64,000 nt of DNA from Callorhinchus milii (taxonomy: Eukaryota). Location of the stretch: contig NW_024704743.1 of assembly GCF_018977255.1 (NCBI RefSeq), positions 11,472,001 through 11,536,000 on the forward strand. Direction: 5' to 3'. The notes under the pieces were generated by a model. The model was not told the origin of the DNA. It did not search any database and saw only the letters and a program-made list of their open reading frames with translations. This document shows, in pieces, positions 63,956 to 64,000 of this stretch. Every line of letters starts with the position of its first letter. Position 1 is the first letter of the stretch. The position numbers and the translations under genes are program-made.

Positions 63956-64000
63956 GGCACATATGTCATAAACTATCAACGTACTATATGTTATTTCCTA

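Overview
Eukaryotic, repeat-saturated, apparently non-genic window (intronic or intergenic). The repeat repertoire (SacSINE1/DeuSINE-like SINEs, CR1 LINEs with esterase ORF1 and octamer tails, abundant L2 LINEs) points to a cartilaginous fish, possibly a chimaera; this is inference from recalled family features, not a search. No host protein-coding exon is supported. Contents: about 20 copies of a tRNA-Ala-headed SINE with an L2-derived 3' stem-loop tail, about 10 older DeuSINE-like fragments, many truncated L2 LINEs, two near-full-length dead CR1 LINEs (42.2-45.6 kb +, 57.6-61.6 kb -), a degenerate Gypsy LTR element (29.2-32.7 kb) beside an inverted LTR of the same family, about 10 kb of CA-rich minisatellite with kb-scale internal duplications, a G-rich minisatellite split by a CR1, a probable MITE, and an unclassified repeat in four copies. 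The most interesting signals concern the L2/SINE system: two L2 copies share the same +1/-1 frameshift pair around YADD, SINE subfamilies track the loop sequence of the L2 3' hairpin, and L2 copies repeatedly insert at one site in the SINE tail. Also seen are a 36-bp templated insertion, a twin-priming-like CR1 inversion and several homeobox-motif-rich unique islands. Coordinates were read by eye and are approximate.
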